Positions 63,731-64,000 of a DNA stretch of 64,000 nt are shown one piece after another (position 1 is the first letter of the stretch; the number at the start of each line of letters is the position of its first letter). Source of the DNA: Eledone cirrhosa (taxonomy: Eukaryota); assembly GCA_964016885.1 (NCBI GenBank), contig OZ024744.1:63302001-63366000 (forward strand), in the 5' to 3' direction. The translations under genes and the position numbers were made by a program. Below the pieces are notes generated by a model, which saw nothing but the letters and a program-made list of their open reading frames with translations, was not told the origin of the DNA and did no database searches.

Positions 63731-63788
63731 AAATCACTTGAAATGCTTTTTGTTGTATTTACCAATGCTATTTATTATATTATTCTAG

Positions 63789-63897
63789 GCAACCAGAGAG
63801 ATTTTCTCCGTCAAAGAACAACGGTTGCAACTTGCTCAAGAAGACTACAAGCATTACAATGAGGCTCTGGGTGGTTGGAAATCTTCACATACCAGTT
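63789..63897 (+). CDS. KIBRA: KIBRA coding exon 4 (coiled coil); the gene continues beyond the window
   Basis: TTCTAG|; ATREIFSVKEQRLQLAQEDYKHYNEALGGWKSSHTS matches KIBRA A.KEI..VK.QRL.LAQ..Y. In frame with exon 3; donor |GTAAGT. Confidence 0.93.
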
Positions 63898-64000
63898 GTA
63901 AGTTTTATTTTGTTTTATATTCCATAGAAAATAAAATTAACATGCAAACAAGTGAAATATTTATTGTATTTTATAACACATAACCCCCCCCCCCTCCTTT

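Overview
Eukaryotic, AT-rich, repeat-dense animal DNA. The SINE/RTE repertoire and (AT)n/(TATG)n microsatellite load look like an octopod cephalopod (inference). There is one host gene: the 5' part of a KIBRA/WWC (Hippo pathway) ortholog on the + strand. Its four small coding exons (27437-27564, 41461-41570, 59859-59953, 63789-63897) join in frame into two WW domains plus the first coiled coil, and the ORF track largely misses them. The rest is mobile DNA and tandem repeats: an apparently intact CR1/L2-type ORF2; a TIR/TSD-bounded hAT element carrying a near full-length CRE-clade retrotransposon; PHD-finger-bearing RTE LINEs and their partner SINEs; mariner and DD37D relics; piggyBac-like and Charlie-like MITEs; a solo LTR; and 48-, 63- and 111-bp minisatellites. 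The most unusual feature is a ~7.8 kb sense-strand array in KIBRA intron 1, with roughly 250 copies (estimated) of CAG|GTATGTAT. This matches the U1 snRNA-complementary donor CAG|GTAAGTAT at 10 of 11 positions, lies 1 kb behind a weak true donor, and may have been seeded by the RTE fragment at its centre. All long low-complexity ORFs in the track are repeat artefacts. Repeat boundaries are approximate unless TIRs/TSDs are quoted.
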